This document shows positions 26,932 to 37,386 of a stretch of 64,000 bases of DNA, in pieces. Under the pieces are notes generated by a model, which was not told the origin of the DNA, made no database searches, and worked only from the letters and a program-made list of their open reading frames with translations. Source of the stretch: Candidatus Nomurabacteria bacterium. Lineage in GTDB: Bacteria; Patescibacteriota; Minisyncoccia; Phycocordibacterales; SBAW01. A program made the position numbers and the translations under genes. Within the stretch, counting starts at the first letter, position 1, and the number at the start of each line of letters is the position of its first letter. The stretch covers positions 24,957 through 88,956 of the forward strand of contig CALRFF010000001.1 of NCBI GenBank assembly GCA_943356495.1. Reading direction: 5' to 3'.

Positions 26932-27640
26932 AGGTTGGTGTTGATACCGAGTCACTCTCGAGCGTTATCTCGCCAAAATGCTCCCCTTGCGTTGCTTTTA
27001 GTATACCCTGCTTGACCAGCTCTAAGAGCGCCAAAAATCCGACAATAACTTCGCCGCGCTCGCGTGCGCCGGCAAACTCTTTAAACGACATACGCATCGC
27101 CGAGGTAACGCGTGCCGCAAGATTGTCTATCATCTCCTCGAGCGACATAATTTTTTTAACCGCAACTTTAGGCAGCGTCAGCATGGTCGGGAAGCCGTCC
27201 ATGAGTGTTTGCGCCGCAGCGCGCAGCGAGCTTGGCGTTGCCGACGCGTCGGGCAAAAACAGCGGCTCTTGTGCGGGCGGGATGCCTTCGTACAATGCCG
27301 GCTCGCCCAGCTGCGCGCCGAGCCCGCGTGCGGCGTCTTTAAGCAGCTGATACACGGCCAGCCGGTACTCAAGTTCTTTAATATCGCGCGTTTCGTCGTC
27401 GCTTAGTTGTAGTGTCGGCAAGAGCGAGCGGGACTTAATTAACAAAAGCGTTGCGGCAAGACTGATAAACTCGGCTGTCTCGCCCACCGGCATGCTTTCT
27501 TGCGAGTTAACGCGCGCAATATACTCGTCGGTTACCGCGGCAAGCGAAATATCGTTGATAAGGAGCTTACGCTTTTCTATCAACTCCAACAGAAGGTCCA
27601 ACGGACCTTCGTAGACGGCTGTTTTGATACTAATGGGCAT
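26924..27640 (-). CDS. scpA: Segregation/condensation protein ScpA (kleisin)
   Basis: YEGPLDLLL.LI, IKSRSLLP, FLALLEL. Confidence 0.95.
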   Translation of the reverse strand: MPISIKTAVYEGPLDLLLELIEKRKLLINDISLAAVTDEYIARVNSQESMPVGETAEFISLAATLLLIKSRSLLPTLQLSDDETRDIKELEYRLAVYQLLKDAARGLGAQLGEPALYEGIPPAQEPLFLPDASATPSSLRAAAQTLMDGFPTMLTLPKVAVKKIMSLEEMIDNLAARVTSAMRMSFKEFAGARERGEVIVGFLALLELVKQGILKATQGEHFGEITLESDSVSTPTYE

Positions 27641-29009
27641 GCTTTTCTATTAATGCAAGTAGAAAGCGCACGGGTGCGCCCGCCGCGCCTTTGGCCAAGT
27701 ACTCGCCCGCTACCGAAGTCATGCGTGGTGCCATGTCGATGTGTATCCACGGGGCGTCTAACTCTTTCGCAAACACCTCCAAAAACTTGCCGCCCGCGAT
27801 AACGCCGCCGTAGCGGCTGTTGCCTGCTGTCGAAATGTTGGGCACATCCGCAAATTTACCCTTAACCATGTCGTCATACTCCTCCCATAGCGGTAGTGGC
27901 CACATATAGTCGCCCGAGCTTTCGGCAAGCGCCATATAGTCGGCAATAGAGAAGCCTTTTTCGTTGGTCATAAAGGCACTGGCCTGCTCGCCGAGTGCTA
28001 CCAATGCTGCGCCGGTAAGCGTAGCAACGTCGGCAACCACCGCGGGGTTGTAACGCTTGGCATAGGTAATAGCATCGGCCAATATAACGCGGCCTTCGGC
28101 GTCGGTGTGCAGGATTTCTATCGTTTTACCTGACAGTGACTTCAAAATATCGCCGGGGCGCATGGCGTTGCTTGCGGAAGCGTTTTCGACCGCGGGTACC
28201 AGCGCTACTACGTTTACTTTGAGTTTTAGTTTTGCGGCTAGGGCAACGGCGTGTATCACCGAGGCGCCGCCCGACATGTCCATGTGCATTTCGTACATCG
28301 AATCACCGGGCTTTACCTGCAAACCGCCGGTATCAAACGTGACCCCTTTTCCTACAAGCACTACCGGTTTTTCTTTTTTATTAGCGCCCCAGTACTCCAT
28401 AACAATAAACTGCGGCTTTTCGGCAGAGCCGAGGCCCACGCCCAGCACGGCGCCCATGCCGAGCTTTTTCATTTCTTTTACACCGAGCGCCGACACTTGT
28501 ATGTTCTGTCCTTTTGCGGCAGCTTTGGCGGCGGCGGCAAGCAAGGCTGGGGTCATGTCGTTGCCGGGCGTGTTGGCTAGCTCGCGACAGGCGTTGACCT
28601 CCGCCCCGATAATTTTTCCGCGTGCAAAACCGGCTTCGGCTGTTTTGCTAGCACCAATAATCGCAACCGCGGTAACCTCGGGCCAGCCATCTTTAGGTGT
28701 TGTTTTGTAACCGGTTGGTTCGTAATTGGCCATGACAAAGGCGGTACCCGCCACCTGCCCCACTTCGTGGTCGGAGTAATCGTTGGGTGCAAACGATCTA
28801 ATATCCGTAAATGTCAGAGCAATAGCCGTACATTTATTTTGTTTGGCGACTGAAATAACTTTGCGCATACGCAGCACAAATTTGCGGCGGGTTATGGACT
28901 TTTCTGTACCGGTGCCGATAAAGAGTGTTTTGCCGTCAAAACGGGTAAGCAAACCCTCGATAAAGCTTATACGGGTAGCGTTTTTAGCGGGTTTTGACTG
29001 AAAGTGCAT
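27630..29009 (-). CDS. pepA: Leucyl aminopeptidase (M17)
   Basis: GKGVTFDTGG, DMSGG, TDAEGR, ATLTGA. Confidence 0.96.
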   Translation of the reverse strand: MHFQSKPAKNATRISFIEGLLTRFDGKTLFIGTGTEKSITRRKFVLRMRKVISVAKQNKCTAIALTFTDIRSFAPNDYSDHEVGQVAGTAFVMANYEPTGYKTTPKDGWPEVTAVAIIGASKTAEAGFARGKIIGAEVNACRELANTPGNDMTPALLAAAAKAAAKGQNIQVSALGVKEMKKLGMGAVLGVGLGSAEKPQFIVMEYWGANKKEKPVVLVGKGVTFDTGGLQVKPGDSMYEMHMDMSGGASVIHAVALAAKLKLKVNVVALVPAVENASASNAMRPGDILKSLSGKTIEILHTDAEGRVILADAITYAKRYNPAVVADVATLTGAALVALGEQASAFMTNEKGFSIADYMALAESSGDYMWPLPLWEEYDDMVKGKFADVPNISTAGNSRYGGVIAGGKFLEVFAKELDAPWIHIDMAPRMTSVAGEYLAKGAAGAPVRFLLALIEKHAH

Positions 29010-29048
29010 AGCAAAATTATACCTATAAAATAAGGGTTTTTCTACGCA

Positions 29049-29077
29049 TTGACAAAAAGCATAAAAAAGAGTATACT
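29049..29077 (+). promoter_or_regulatory. Near-consensus sigma70 promoter
   Basis: TTGACA-17 nt-TATACT. Confidence 0.85.
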
Positions 29078-29136
29078 AATAGCTAGTTGCATCGGCGCGC
29101 CAAAAATTTTGGTCCGCCAACTCATTGGGGGTTGTT

Positions 29137-29406
29137 ATGAAGACCGAACTGATCAGGTTGTCTTTCTGTGCTGTCGTTGCCGCGATGGTCCTGCTCTTGC
29201 TGGCTATCTTCAATGTCGGAACGACAACGATGTTCATCTTCTTCATTCTCATCGGCAAGGCTTCGTTTGCGTTGGGGGTGCCCTACCCGCTGGCGAGCGT
29301 GGTCGGCTTGTTCTTGCCGTTGGTGGCAACAACAGCTATCGTGCGGATTATCTTGGCCGCCGCGGCAGAGCTGATCAACCGTGATGCGCCGACGCAGACC
29401 GCCTAA
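29137..29406 (+). CDS. Orphan small membrane protein (~3 TM)
   Basis: Hydrophobic 89 aa; strong promoter upstream, terminator at ~29435-29477. Confidence 0.6.
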   Translation: MKTELIRLSFCAVVAAMVLLLLAIFNVGTTTMFIFFILIGKASFALGVPYPLASVVGLFLPLVATTAIVRIILAAAAELINRDAPTQTA

Positions 29407-29434
29407 ACCTCTCTATCTTCTTGGTTCCCCGTGT

Positions 29435-29513
29435 ACTACTTGGCCGCCTGACAGCAATGTCGGGCGGCTTTCTTTTTGTAGATATAAAAAACCGCCCAAC
29501 GTTGGGCGGTTTG
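29435..29513. terminator. Two back-to-back terminators
   Basis: GCCGCCTGACA-GCAA-TGTCGGGCGGC-TTT and AAAAACCGCCCAA-CG-TTGGGCGGTTT. Confidence 0.8.
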
Positions 29514-29516
29514 TTG

Positions 29517-30065
29517 TTAGCGGCGGTACAGAGCCGCCTTCTCGATCTGGATGATAGCCATCATGATCGAGTATTTGGAGAAGTCCTCGCGCGGCATCTT
29601 GGCGTCGGTGAGATAGCCGATGATACCGCCCTCGACCGCGCCTATCTTTTCGTGCTCGGTGTATCCGAGCTTTTTAAACGCAACACTGGCGTCGCCCTCG
29701 CCGCGCAGAATTGCTTCGGTGACGCCGGTGGGCCACTCGAACGCAGGCGAGAGCCCGAGTGCGACGTCTTTGCCGTCGTATATCGCGCAAGCACCCACCT
29801 CCATATAGCCGGATTTGGTGTGCGGCACCTCGATAAGTCCACCTTCGAGTCCGACACTGTAGGTGCAGCCGCCGGTGAAGGCCTGCTTGGCTCGTTCGAT
29901 GGCACCTTGGACCGTCTCCTCAAGATTCTTGGGGTGGCCAAACTCCTCGATCTGCACCTCAACGCCGATCACCTCGGCGTTTGGAAAGAGGTTGGGGTAC
30001 ATAGCGACCGCGTCGCGCAGCCCCGCAACTTTTGTGATGTTCTTTGAGCCTAGGTTGATTTTCAT
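29517..30065 (-). CDS. yjjX: Inosine/xanthosine triphosphatase (YjjX family)
   Basis: GSKN..K, ET..GA..RA, VGLEGG, GIIGYLT...R. Confidence 0.9.
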   Translation of the reverse strand: MKINLGSKNITKVAGLRDAVAMYPNLFPNAEVIGVEVQIEEFGHPKNLEETVQGAIERAKQAFTGGCTYSVGLEGGLIEVPHTKSGYMEVGACAIYDGKDVALGLSPAFEWPTGVTEAILRGEGDASVAFKKLGYTEHEKIGAVEGGIIGYLTDAKMPREDFSKYSIMMAIIQIEKAALYRR

Positions 30066-30102
30066 ACGAATCTCCTATTGGCGCGTCTGCAGGGACTATA
30101 GC

Positions 30103-31440
30103 CTAGTCTTTTTTGTCCGTCGAGAGGAGGGTGTCGATGCGGTTCATATCACGGGGGAAGGCTGTTGCTTCTTTAACATTAGGGAGCTCGAGCATGCGCG
30201 CGGTAAAGCGTTCAAGACCGGTCGATGAGCCCCCGTGCGGTGGGAGGCCGGTTTTAAAGGCCTGCAAATAGTACTCAAACTTTTTAGGGTCCAGCCCGCG
30301 CTCCTGCATGCGCGCTACCAATTGTTCGTAGTTATGGATACGCTGCGCGCCGGAGTTTATCTCGAGCCCGCGGAACAAAAGGTCAAACCCACGCGACAGC
30401 GGCGCCTCGCCCGGCTCTTCGTAGGTATAGAACGCGCGCTTTTTTGTAGGGAACCGCGTGATAAACACAAAGTCCGAGCTCAAATTCTTTTTTGCATACT
30501 CACAAATCTGTCGCTCGTCTTCCGGCGACATGTCGTTGGTGTCCTCGATGGTGCGATTGTACTCCTTGGCCACAAGCGCCTGCGCCTCGGCAAGGGTAAA
30601 CACGGGGATAGCCTCAGGCACCACAGGGACGGTGGTGTTAAACCGAGCAAACACATCAGAATGGGCCTCGGCTACCGCGCGTACCGTGTCTTTGACCGCT
30701 TGCTCAAGCACGGCCATGGGCTCGCGCTCGTTTTGTATAAAACCCATTTCAAAGTCGAGGCAGGTGGCCTCACTTAAGTGGCGGGTAGTAGCGCTTTTTT
30801 CTGCGCGGAATATCTTGGCTACAGTGAACGCGCGTTCAAACGGCCCCACCATAATTTGTTTGTAAAACTGCGGGCTCGTCGCAAGGTAAGCGGTACGGTC
30901 GTAAAAATAGTCGACCTTAAAAGCGGCCGCTCCCCCCTCGGCATCGCCGCCCACCAACGCCGGCGCAATAAACTCGGTAAAGCCCTGCGCGCGCAATGAG
31001 TTTCGGTACGCATCGAGTATAGATGCCTGCATGGTAAAAATATCCCTGCTGCGTTCGGTGCGCAGGGTAAACGGCAAGTGGTCGAGGTGGGTGTCGAGAT
31101 TAACCTCACCGCCGAGCTCAAATGGTATTTCAGCTTTCGAAAGTATTTCGATGTTAGTTATCTCAAGCTCGATATCGCCGTTTTGTACTCCCGCCTTACG
31201 ATTTTTTTCCGGTCGTTCGTTAACCTTACCCTCGACCGACACAATGTACTCGTTGCGGACCTCCTTAGCGGCCTCGATAGCCGGCGAGTTGGGCAACGTC
31301 ACTCCCTGCACCACACCCGAGCGGTCACGAAAGTCGAAGAATACCATTTTTCCTTGGTCGCGCCGCACGCTCACCCAGCCTTGTATAGCTGCAGTCTCGC
31401 CCTTCTTTCCCGCCAAATCGGCTAGTAGAGTTCTTTCCAT
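30103..31440 (-). CDS. aspS: Aspartyl-tRNA synthetase, short archaeal/non-discriminating type
   Basis: OB fold, LATSPQFYKQ, FRAE.S.T.RH, EINSGAQR, PPHGG..GLER; 445 aa. Confidence 0.92.
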   Translation of the reverse strand: MERTLLADLAGKKGETAAIQGWVSVRRDQGKMVFFDFRDRSGVVQGVTLPNSPAIEAAKEVRNEYIVSVEGKVNERPEKNRKAGVQNGDIELEITNIEILSKAEIPFELGGEVNLDTHLDHLPFTLRTERSRDIFTMQASILDAYRNSLRAQGFTEFIAPALVGGDAEGGAAAFKVDYFYDRTAYLATSPQFYKQIMVGPFERAFTVAKIFRAEKSATTRHLSEATCLDFEMGFIQNEREPMAVLEQAVKDTVRAVAEAHSDVFARFNTTVPVVPEAIPVFTLAEAQALVAKEYNRTIEDTNDMSPEDERQICEYAKKNLSSDFVFITRFPTKKRAFYTYEEPGEAPLSRGFDLLFRGLEINSGAQRIHNYEQLVARMQERGLDPKKFEYYLQAFKTGLPPHGGSSTGLERFTARMLELPNVKEATAFPRDMNRIDTLLSTDKKD

Positions 31441-31444
31441 AAAA

Positions 31445-32416
31445 TTAGTAGAGTCCTACTCCTATTTTTTCACGAACCTCTTTCATTTTTGCGTCAGCGC
31501 GGGCGCGGGCAACCTCGCCGCCGTCTTTGAGTATCTGTATAACCGCTTCGCGGCTTAGCGCCGCACGCTTTTCGCGCATGGGGCTTACGGTCGCGATAAT
31601 ATTTTCGGCTAAAATCTCTTTAGATTTCTTATAGCCGATAGTCCCCTCGCGGTAGCGCTGCTCGAGCTCTTTGATGTTGGGGCTAAAGTGCTTATGCATC
31701 GCAAAGGCTATGTCGGTCTCGGGGTTAAGCGGCGCACCCACGGGCGTCGAGTCGGTGGTAATGCTCATAACCGCAGTGCGGATAGCATCGTCTGTGCCGA
31801 ACAGCGGTATCGTGTTGCCGTAGCTCTTGCTCATTTTTTTTCCGTCGACGCCCGGCACCGTGCCCACATGGCTCATAATCAGCTCTTTAGGCTCGGTAAA
31901 GGTTTGACCGTACGCGACGTTAAATTTGTTGGCTGCCTCGCGGCTGTACTCCAAATGCTGACGCTGGTCCTCACCTACCGGTACAAAGTGCGTGTCGTAG
32001 AGGAGTATGTCGGCCGCCATAAGCATCGGGTAGTTAAAGAGCCCCGCGTTGGCCTCGAGCCCTTTGGCTACTTTGTCTTTGTAGGCGTGCGCTTGGCTTA
32101 AAAAGGGGACAGTTACTAAACACTCAAATATCCACGCCAGCTCGGTGTGCGCCGGCACGTCGGATTGCTTAAAAATAACTACATCGGCGGGGTTAATGCC
32201 GGCGGCTACGTAGTCGGCCACCACGTCTATCGTATTTTCTTTAAGCTGCGTGGCGTTTTTAACCGAGGTAAGCGCATGGTAGTCGGCAATCATAAGCATC
32301 GCCTCGTACTCGGGTGCCGTGTCGGCAAAGGGCTTAAGCGCCCCCAAATAATTACCGATATGCAACTGCCCGCTCGGCTGAAGGCCTGTAAGTAAGCGTT
32401 TTTTTGCGTCGGTCAT
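31445..32416 (-). CDS. trpS: Tryptophanyl-tRNA synthetase
   Basis: QPSG.LHIGNY, YP.LMAADILLY, GEDQ, KMSKS. Confidence 0.98.
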   Translation of the reverse strand: MTDAKKRLLTGLQPSGQLHIGNYLGALKPFADTAPEYEAMLMIADYHALTSVKNATQLKENTIDVVADYVAAGINPADVVIFKQSDVPAHTELAWIFECLVTVPFLSQAHAYKDKVAKGLEANAGLFNYPMLMAADILLYDTHFVPVGEDQRQHLEYSREAANKFNVAYGQTFTEPKELIMSHVGTVPGVDGKKMSKSYGNTIPLFGTDDAIRTAVMSITTDSTPVGAPLNPETDIAFAMHKHFSPNIKELEQRYREGTIGYKKSKEILAENIIATVSPMREKRAALSREAVIQILKDGGEVARARADAKMKEVREKIGVGLY

Positions 32417-32441
32417 GGAGCCTACTATAACAGACTAATTT

Positions 32442-32516
32442 TTATTCCTCCACCTGCACGGGCTCGGGCACTATACCCAACCATTCTAGTATTTTAGTTA
32501 TCAGTGTCTCTCTCAT
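32442..32516 (-). CDS. Putative 24-aa peptide MRETLITKILEWLGIVPEPVQVEE
   Basis: ATG 3 nt after the dnaJ stop; fills the dnaJ-trpS gap. Confidence 0.45.
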   Translation of the reverse strand: MRETLITKILEWLGIVPEPVQVEE

Positions 32517-32519
32517 AAG

Positions 32520-33614
32520 TTATATTCCCTCCTCTCGCAGTTTTTCAATGAAACCTTTAGCCGTGCGGGAAAGCTTGCTGGGCAGCTGTATTTTGACCCG
32601 CACCAAAAGGTCGCCGCGCTTGCCGCGCGAGGGCACGCCCTTGCCCTTAACTTTAATAAGTTCGCCGTGGGTAAGACCCGCGGGGATATCAATCACCTCT
32701 TCGCCCTCGAGTGTCTGCAAGGTGTAGGTGGTGCCCAAGAGCGCGTCGGTAAGCTTGACCGACAGCTCGGTTAGAAGGTTTGGACCTTCTTTTTTAAACC
32801 GCGCGTCGGGGGTTACGTGCACCTTTACATATAGGTCGCCCGAGGTGCCCGCCGATACCGCCTCGCCCATGGAGGTCAAGCGGATCATCTCGCCGGCTTC
32901 GATACCCGCAGGCACCACAATTTCTATCTCTTCTTGTTTTTTGTAGACGCCTTCGCCGCGGCAGGTCGGGCACTTTTCTTTAGGAATTTTGCCGGAGCCT
33001 TTGCAATGACGGCACGGCTGTATCATCGTAACGGTGCCAAAAAAAGACTGTGACGTTTCGTGCACCTTGCCTTGCCCGGCGCAATGCGTGCAGGTCAGCA
33101 TTTCGGTACCCATCACCGCGCCGCTTCCTTGGCAGGAGTCGCATACGGCCGTTTTTGCCAAGAGTACCGTCCGCTTGGTGCCGAACACCGACTCTTTAAA
33201 ACTAATTTCAAGGTCGATAGAAATATCGCGTCCGCGCTTTTGGCGGGTAGTGCTGGCTTGGCCTGCAAAAAAGTCGCTAAAGATGTCGCCCATGTCAAAA
33301 CCGGCGCCGCCTTGGTTAAACGCTTCTTGGAACTGCGAAAAGTCGAAACCGGCGCCCCCAAAGCCCCCAAATCCGCCGCCTTGCGGGCCCGCGCCGCCCT
33401 CGAACACGCGACCGTAACTGTCGTACTCGGCGCGTTTTTTGTCGTCGCTCAGTATCGAGTAGGCCTCGCTCAGCTGTTTAAACTTTTCCGCATTACCTTC
33501 CTTTTTGTCGGGGTGATATTTATGGGCGAGCTTGTGGAACGCCTTCTTTATGTCTTCTTTGCTTGCGGTTTTGGTGACTCCCAGTGTTTCGTAATAGTCG
33601 GGTTTTTGAGCCAT
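32520..33614 (-). CDS. dnaJ: Chaperone DnaJ
   Basis: HPD motif, G/F region, four CxxCxGxG repeats. Confidence 0.98.
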   Translation of the reverse strand: MAQKPDYYETLGVTKTASKEDIKKAFHKLAHKYHPDKKEGNAEKFKQLSEAYSILSDDKKRAEYDSYGRVFEGGAGPQGGGFGGFGGAGFDFSQFQEAFNQGGAGFDMGDIFSDFFAGQASTTRQKRGRDISIDLEISFKESVFGTKRTVLLAKTAVCDSCQGSGAVMGTEMLTCTHCAGQGKVHETSQSFFGTVTMIQPCRHCKGSGKIPKEKCPTCRGEGVYKKQEEIEIVVPAGIEAGEMIRLTSMGEAVSAGTSGDLYVKVHVTPDARFKKEGPNLLTELSVKLTDALLGTTYTLQTLEGEEVIDIPAGLTHGELIKVKGKGVPSRGKRGDLLVRVKIQLPSKLSRTAKGFIEKLREEGI

Positions 33615-33627
33615 AGATAAAAGTATT

Positions 33628-35451
33628 CTACTGCTCTTCTTGGGGTACAGCAAGCTCGGCCGTAACGTCGAAGTCATCTACAATAAATCCGCCCGCCTGT
33701 ATGCTCCAAAGCTTATGGTACAAACCGCCTTCTTTCAGCAGTTCATCATGTGTGCCGTCGGCCACTACTTTGCCGTCCTCGAGCACGACTATCCTGTCCA
33801 TCTTCATAATGGTACTCAGGCGGTGCGCAATAACCAACACCGTTTTGTTTTGCATCAGCGTCGCAAGCGCGTCTTGGATTAACATTTCCGACTCGGAGTC
33901 GAGTGATGAAGTGGCTTCGTCGAGCACCAGTATTGGCGAATTTTTGAGTATCGCGCGGGCTATAGCCACACGCTGACGCTCGCCGCCGGAGAGTTTGATG
34001 CCGCGCTCGCCCACAAAGGTGTTGTATTTAAGCGGCAACTTTTCTATAAACTCGGCGCAATGCGCGGCTTTGGCGGCGGCGACAACCTCCTCGTCGGTGG
34101 CGTCGCGACGGCCGTAGCGGATGTTCTCCATCAACGTGCGATGAAAGAGTATGGGCTCTTGCGGCACAAAGGCGATAGCATCGCGCAAAGAGTCCTGCGT
34201 TACATCGGCAATATTCTGCCCGTCTATGCTAATGGTGCCCATCGGCACGTCATACAGGCGCAAGAGTAGTTTTGTAATAGTAGACTTGCCGGCACCCGAC
34301 GGTCCGACCAACGCCACCTTTTGGCGGCCCGGTATCGCAACCGAAAAATCGTGCAGCACCGGCGATGTTTTTTGAAAGTAAAACTTAATGCCGCTAAATG
34401 CAATCGCACCTTCCGTAACGGCGAGCTTTTTAGCGCTCGGCTTATCTTTAATCTCATGCGGCAGTTTGAGTATGTGCACCATCTCGGCCGCATCGGAGAA
34501 GGAATTAAAGAAACGGCGCAGTTCGCGATTGATGCTTACCAGCCGGTCGAACACGGTCATAAGGTACGCTTGGATAAGTACAAAGTCTCCTATCGTGACA
34601 AGACCTTGCTGCCACAACTTGACCGCGCCAAAGAGGAGGCCCATTTCGATCACAATAATAAAGAGGCCGATCCCCGCCCAAATAGAGTGGTCGACGGTCC
34701 ATGTACGGAGAGTTGCTTTACGCCAGACTTCGACTACGCCGCCAAAGAGTGTGCGCTCAAAAACGGTACCGGAAAAAAGCGCGATAGTCGATTGATTACC
34801 TATCGCATCGGCCAGAGTACCGGTCATGCGGCTATCCGCGGCAGAGAGCTCGGCGCGCACGGGTTGCCGCATGCGCGCTACTTTGATCTGAAATATCAGG
34901 AAGACAATCGTCCATGCGAGCAAGCCCAGCCCCAGCCAATGATTGCGGAAGAAAAGCACGATGATGGCGCCGGAGACGAAAACAAAAGTCGGTATAAACG
35001 AAATTACGACGGTATCGAACAAGGACTCAAACGAACGCCCGAACTTGCTTACTTTGTGAGTTAACGTGCCGGCGAAGTTCGACGTAAAAAAGTTGTACGA
35101 ATGCCCGACAAGATAGCTAAACGTGTTAGTGAGCAGGTTTGTCATCACCCGTGTCTCCAAGTTGATGTTGGCTATCTCTTGTACGCGGCGGCCGATCCAC
35201 TCGACAAGCCACATTGCGGTCACAACCCACAACACCCCAAAAAGCACCCCTACGGCCTGATCGCCGGGGTTAGAAGACGCAAGAAGGTTGAAGAATTGCC
35301 GCATATACAGCGGCGCCACAAGCATGCCCGCCTGAACAATAAAGCCTCCGACAAGCACAAGAACCAACAGCACTTTATGCTGCCGCAACTCATGCCAATA
35401 CGCACGAAATACATCTCCGGCCGAAGCCAGTTTTTTGGATTCACCCTGCAT
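33628..35451 (-). CDS. ABC exporter, fused permease/ATPase (MsbA/Atm1-like)
   Basis: TM domain, GPSGAGKST, LSGGERQR, LDEATS, AHRLST. Confidence 0.95.
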   Translation of the reverse strand: MQGESKKLASAGDVFRAYWHELRQHKVLLVLVLVGGFIVQAGMLVAPLYMRQFFNLLASSNPGDQAVGVLFGVLWVVTAMWLVEWIGRRVQEIANINLETRVMTNLLTNTFSYLVGHSYNFFTSNFAGTLTHKVSKFGRSFESLFDTVVISFIPTFVFVSGAIIVLFFRNHWLGLGLLAWTIVFLIFQIKVARMRQPVRAELSAADSRMTGTLADAIGNQSTIALFSGTVFERTLFGGVVEVWRKATLRTWTVDHSIWAGIGLFIIVIEMGLLFGAVKLWQQGLVTIGDFVLIQAYLMTVFDRLVSINRELRRFFNSFSDAAEMVHILKLPHEIKDKPSAKKLAVTEGAIAFSGIKFYFQKTSPVLHDFSVAIPGRQKVALVGPSGAGKSTITKLLLRLYDVPMGTISIDGQNIADVTQDSLRDAIAFVPQEPILFHRTLMENIRYGRRDATDEEVVAAAKAAHCAEFIEKLPLKYNTFVGERGIKLSGGERQRVAIARAILKNSPILVLDEATSSLDSESEMLIQDALATLMQNKTVLVIAHRLSTIMKMDRIVVLEDGKVVADGTHDELLKEGGLYHKLWSIQAGGFIVDDFDVTAELAVPQEEQ

Positions 35452-35484
35452 TACTTACACTATACCACAGTTTGACAGAAAAGA

Positions 35485-37374
35485 CTATTTCTTGTCTGCC
35501 TCAGGCGGAGGAGTTTGCTCGGCTGCAGGCGGCTGCTCGGGCGGAGTTTGTTGGGCGGTCGCTTTTTGGATAGCTTCGTAGACTTTTGAGAGCTCTTTGC
35601 TTAACTCTTCGGTCGCGGTGCGGGTTGCGGCTGCGTCTTCCCCCGCTTTTACTTTCTCTACCGCGGCAATCTTTTCGTTTATTGCGGTCTCAAGCTCTAC
35701 CGGTATTTTTGCCTTGTTGTCGGCAAGCGCCTTTTTAGCTCCATATACGGCTTGGTCGGCTACATTGCGAACTTCAGCCAGCTCGATCTTTTTCTTGTCG
35801 TCTGCGGCATTAGCCTCGGCATCTTTGCGCATACGCTCGATATCCTGTTCGCTCAGGCCTGAAGAACCTTCTATGCGGATACTTTGTTCTTTGCCGGTTG
35901 TTTTGTCTTTTGCCTTTACGGTCAATATGCCGTTAGCGTCGACGTCAAAGGTAACTTCTACCTGCGGGAGCCCGCGCGGCGCCGGCGGTATGCCGTCGAG
36001 CACAAAGCGACCGAGGGACTTGTTGTCCGATGCCATCGCGCGCTCGCCTTGGGTAATGTGTATCTCTACACTAGTTTGATTGTCCGCCGCGGTGCTAAAG
36101 GTTTGCGAGCGGCTGGTCGGGATAGTCGTGTTGCGCTCGATAAGCTTGGTCGCCACGCCGCCCATAGTTTCGATACCCATCGACAACGGGATAACATCAA
36201 GCAGCAACACGTCGCGCACCTCGCCGCCCAAGATCCCGCCCTGTATGGCGGCGCCTATAGCCACCACCTCGTCGGGGTTAACGGACATGTTGGGCTTTTT
36301 GGCAAAATACTTTTCTACCGCGGCCTGCATGGCGGGCATGCGGGTCTGGCCGCCGACCAAAATCACTTCGTTAATATCGCCTATTTTAAACGGCGAGGCT
36401 TCCATCGCGCGCTTGGTGATAGCCATCGCGCGCTCGATAAACTCGTTCGACAACTCTTCGAGCTTGGCGCGGGTTAGTTTAAGCAGCAAGTGGCGCGGGC
36501 CGGACGCGTCGGAAGTGATAAACGGTATGTTTATCTCGCTTTCAAGCGCGGTGCTCAGCTCTATTTTTGCCTTTTCGGCCGCTTCGTCCAAGCGCTGGCG
36601 GGCCAACGGGTCGTTGCGCACATCTATAGCCGACTCTTTTTGAAACTCAGTGGCTATCCAGTCGATTATTTTTTGGTCAATGTCTTTACCGCCCAAATGT
36701 GCGTCGCCGTCGGTCGAGCGGACCTCGATGCTGCCTTCGTTTTCGCCGCCCATTACTACCTCGAGCACCGAGATGTCAAAGGTGCCGCCGCCAAAGTCAA
36801 AGACCACTACCTTTTCGTCTTTCTTTTTGTTAAAGCCGTAGGCAAGTGCCGCCGCAGTAGGCTCGTTGATGATGCGCTTTACATCAAGGCCGGCAATTTT
36901 GCCCGCGTCGCGGGTGGCGGCGCGCTGGGCGTCGTTAAAGTAGGCGGGCACGGTAATAACCGCCTCGGTAATAGGCTCACCCAAGCGCTTTTCGGCATCG
37001 GCCTTGAGCTTGCCGAGAATCATCGCCGAAACCTCTTCGGGGCGGAACCACTGGTCCCCCATCTGCACCTCAATGCCGCCGTTAGCCGACTTGCGCATCT
37101 CGTACGGTACCGATGCTTTGTCTTTTTGCACCAACGGTTCGTCGAACATGTGTCCGATAAAGCGTTTTATCTGGTAGACCGTATTTTTAGGGTTGGTTAC
37201 CGCTTGGCGGCGTGCAATAAGCCCTACCAACCGCTCGGCGGTTTTAGAGGTGGCCACAACCGACGGCGTGGTACGGGCGCCTTCTGAGTTTTCCAGTATC
37301 TGGGGCTCACCGCCGCGCATGACCGCCATTGCGGAGTTTGTCGTGCCCAAGTCGATTCCAAGTATTTTACCCAT
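35485..37374 (-). CDS. dnaK: Chaperone DnaK
   Basis: [29 protein letters not shown]. Confidence 0.99.
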   Translation of the reverse strand: MGKILGIDLGTTNSAMAVMRGGEPQILENSEGARTTPSVVATSKTAERLVGLIARRQAVTNPKNTVYQIKRFIGHMFDEPLVQKDKASVPYEMRKSANGGIEVQMGDQWFRPEEVSAMILGKLKADAEKRLGEPITEAVITVPAYFNDAQRAATRDAGKIAGLDVKRIINEPTAAALAYGFNKKKDEKVVVFDFGGGTFDISVLEVVMGGENEGSIEVRSTDGDAHLGGKDIDQKIIDWIATEFQKESAIDVRNDPLARQRLDEAAEKAKIELSTALESEINIPFITSDASGPRHLLLKLTRAKLEELSNEFIERAMAITKRAMEASPFKIGDINEVILVGGQTRMPAMQAAVEKYFAKKPNMSVNPDEVVAIGAAIQGGILGGEVRDVLLLDVIPLSMGIETMGGVATKLIERNTTIPTSRSQTFSTAADNQTSVEIHITQGERAMASDNKSLGRFVLDGIPPAPRGLPQVEVTFDVDANGILTVKAKDKTTGKEQSIRIEGSSGLSEQDIERMRKDAEANAADDKKKIELAEVRNVADQAVYGAKKALADNKAKIPVELETAINEKIAAVEKVKAGEDAAATRTATEELSKELSKVYEAIQKATAQQTPPEQPPAAEQTPPPEADKK

Positions 37375-37386
37375 ATAATTTTCTTT

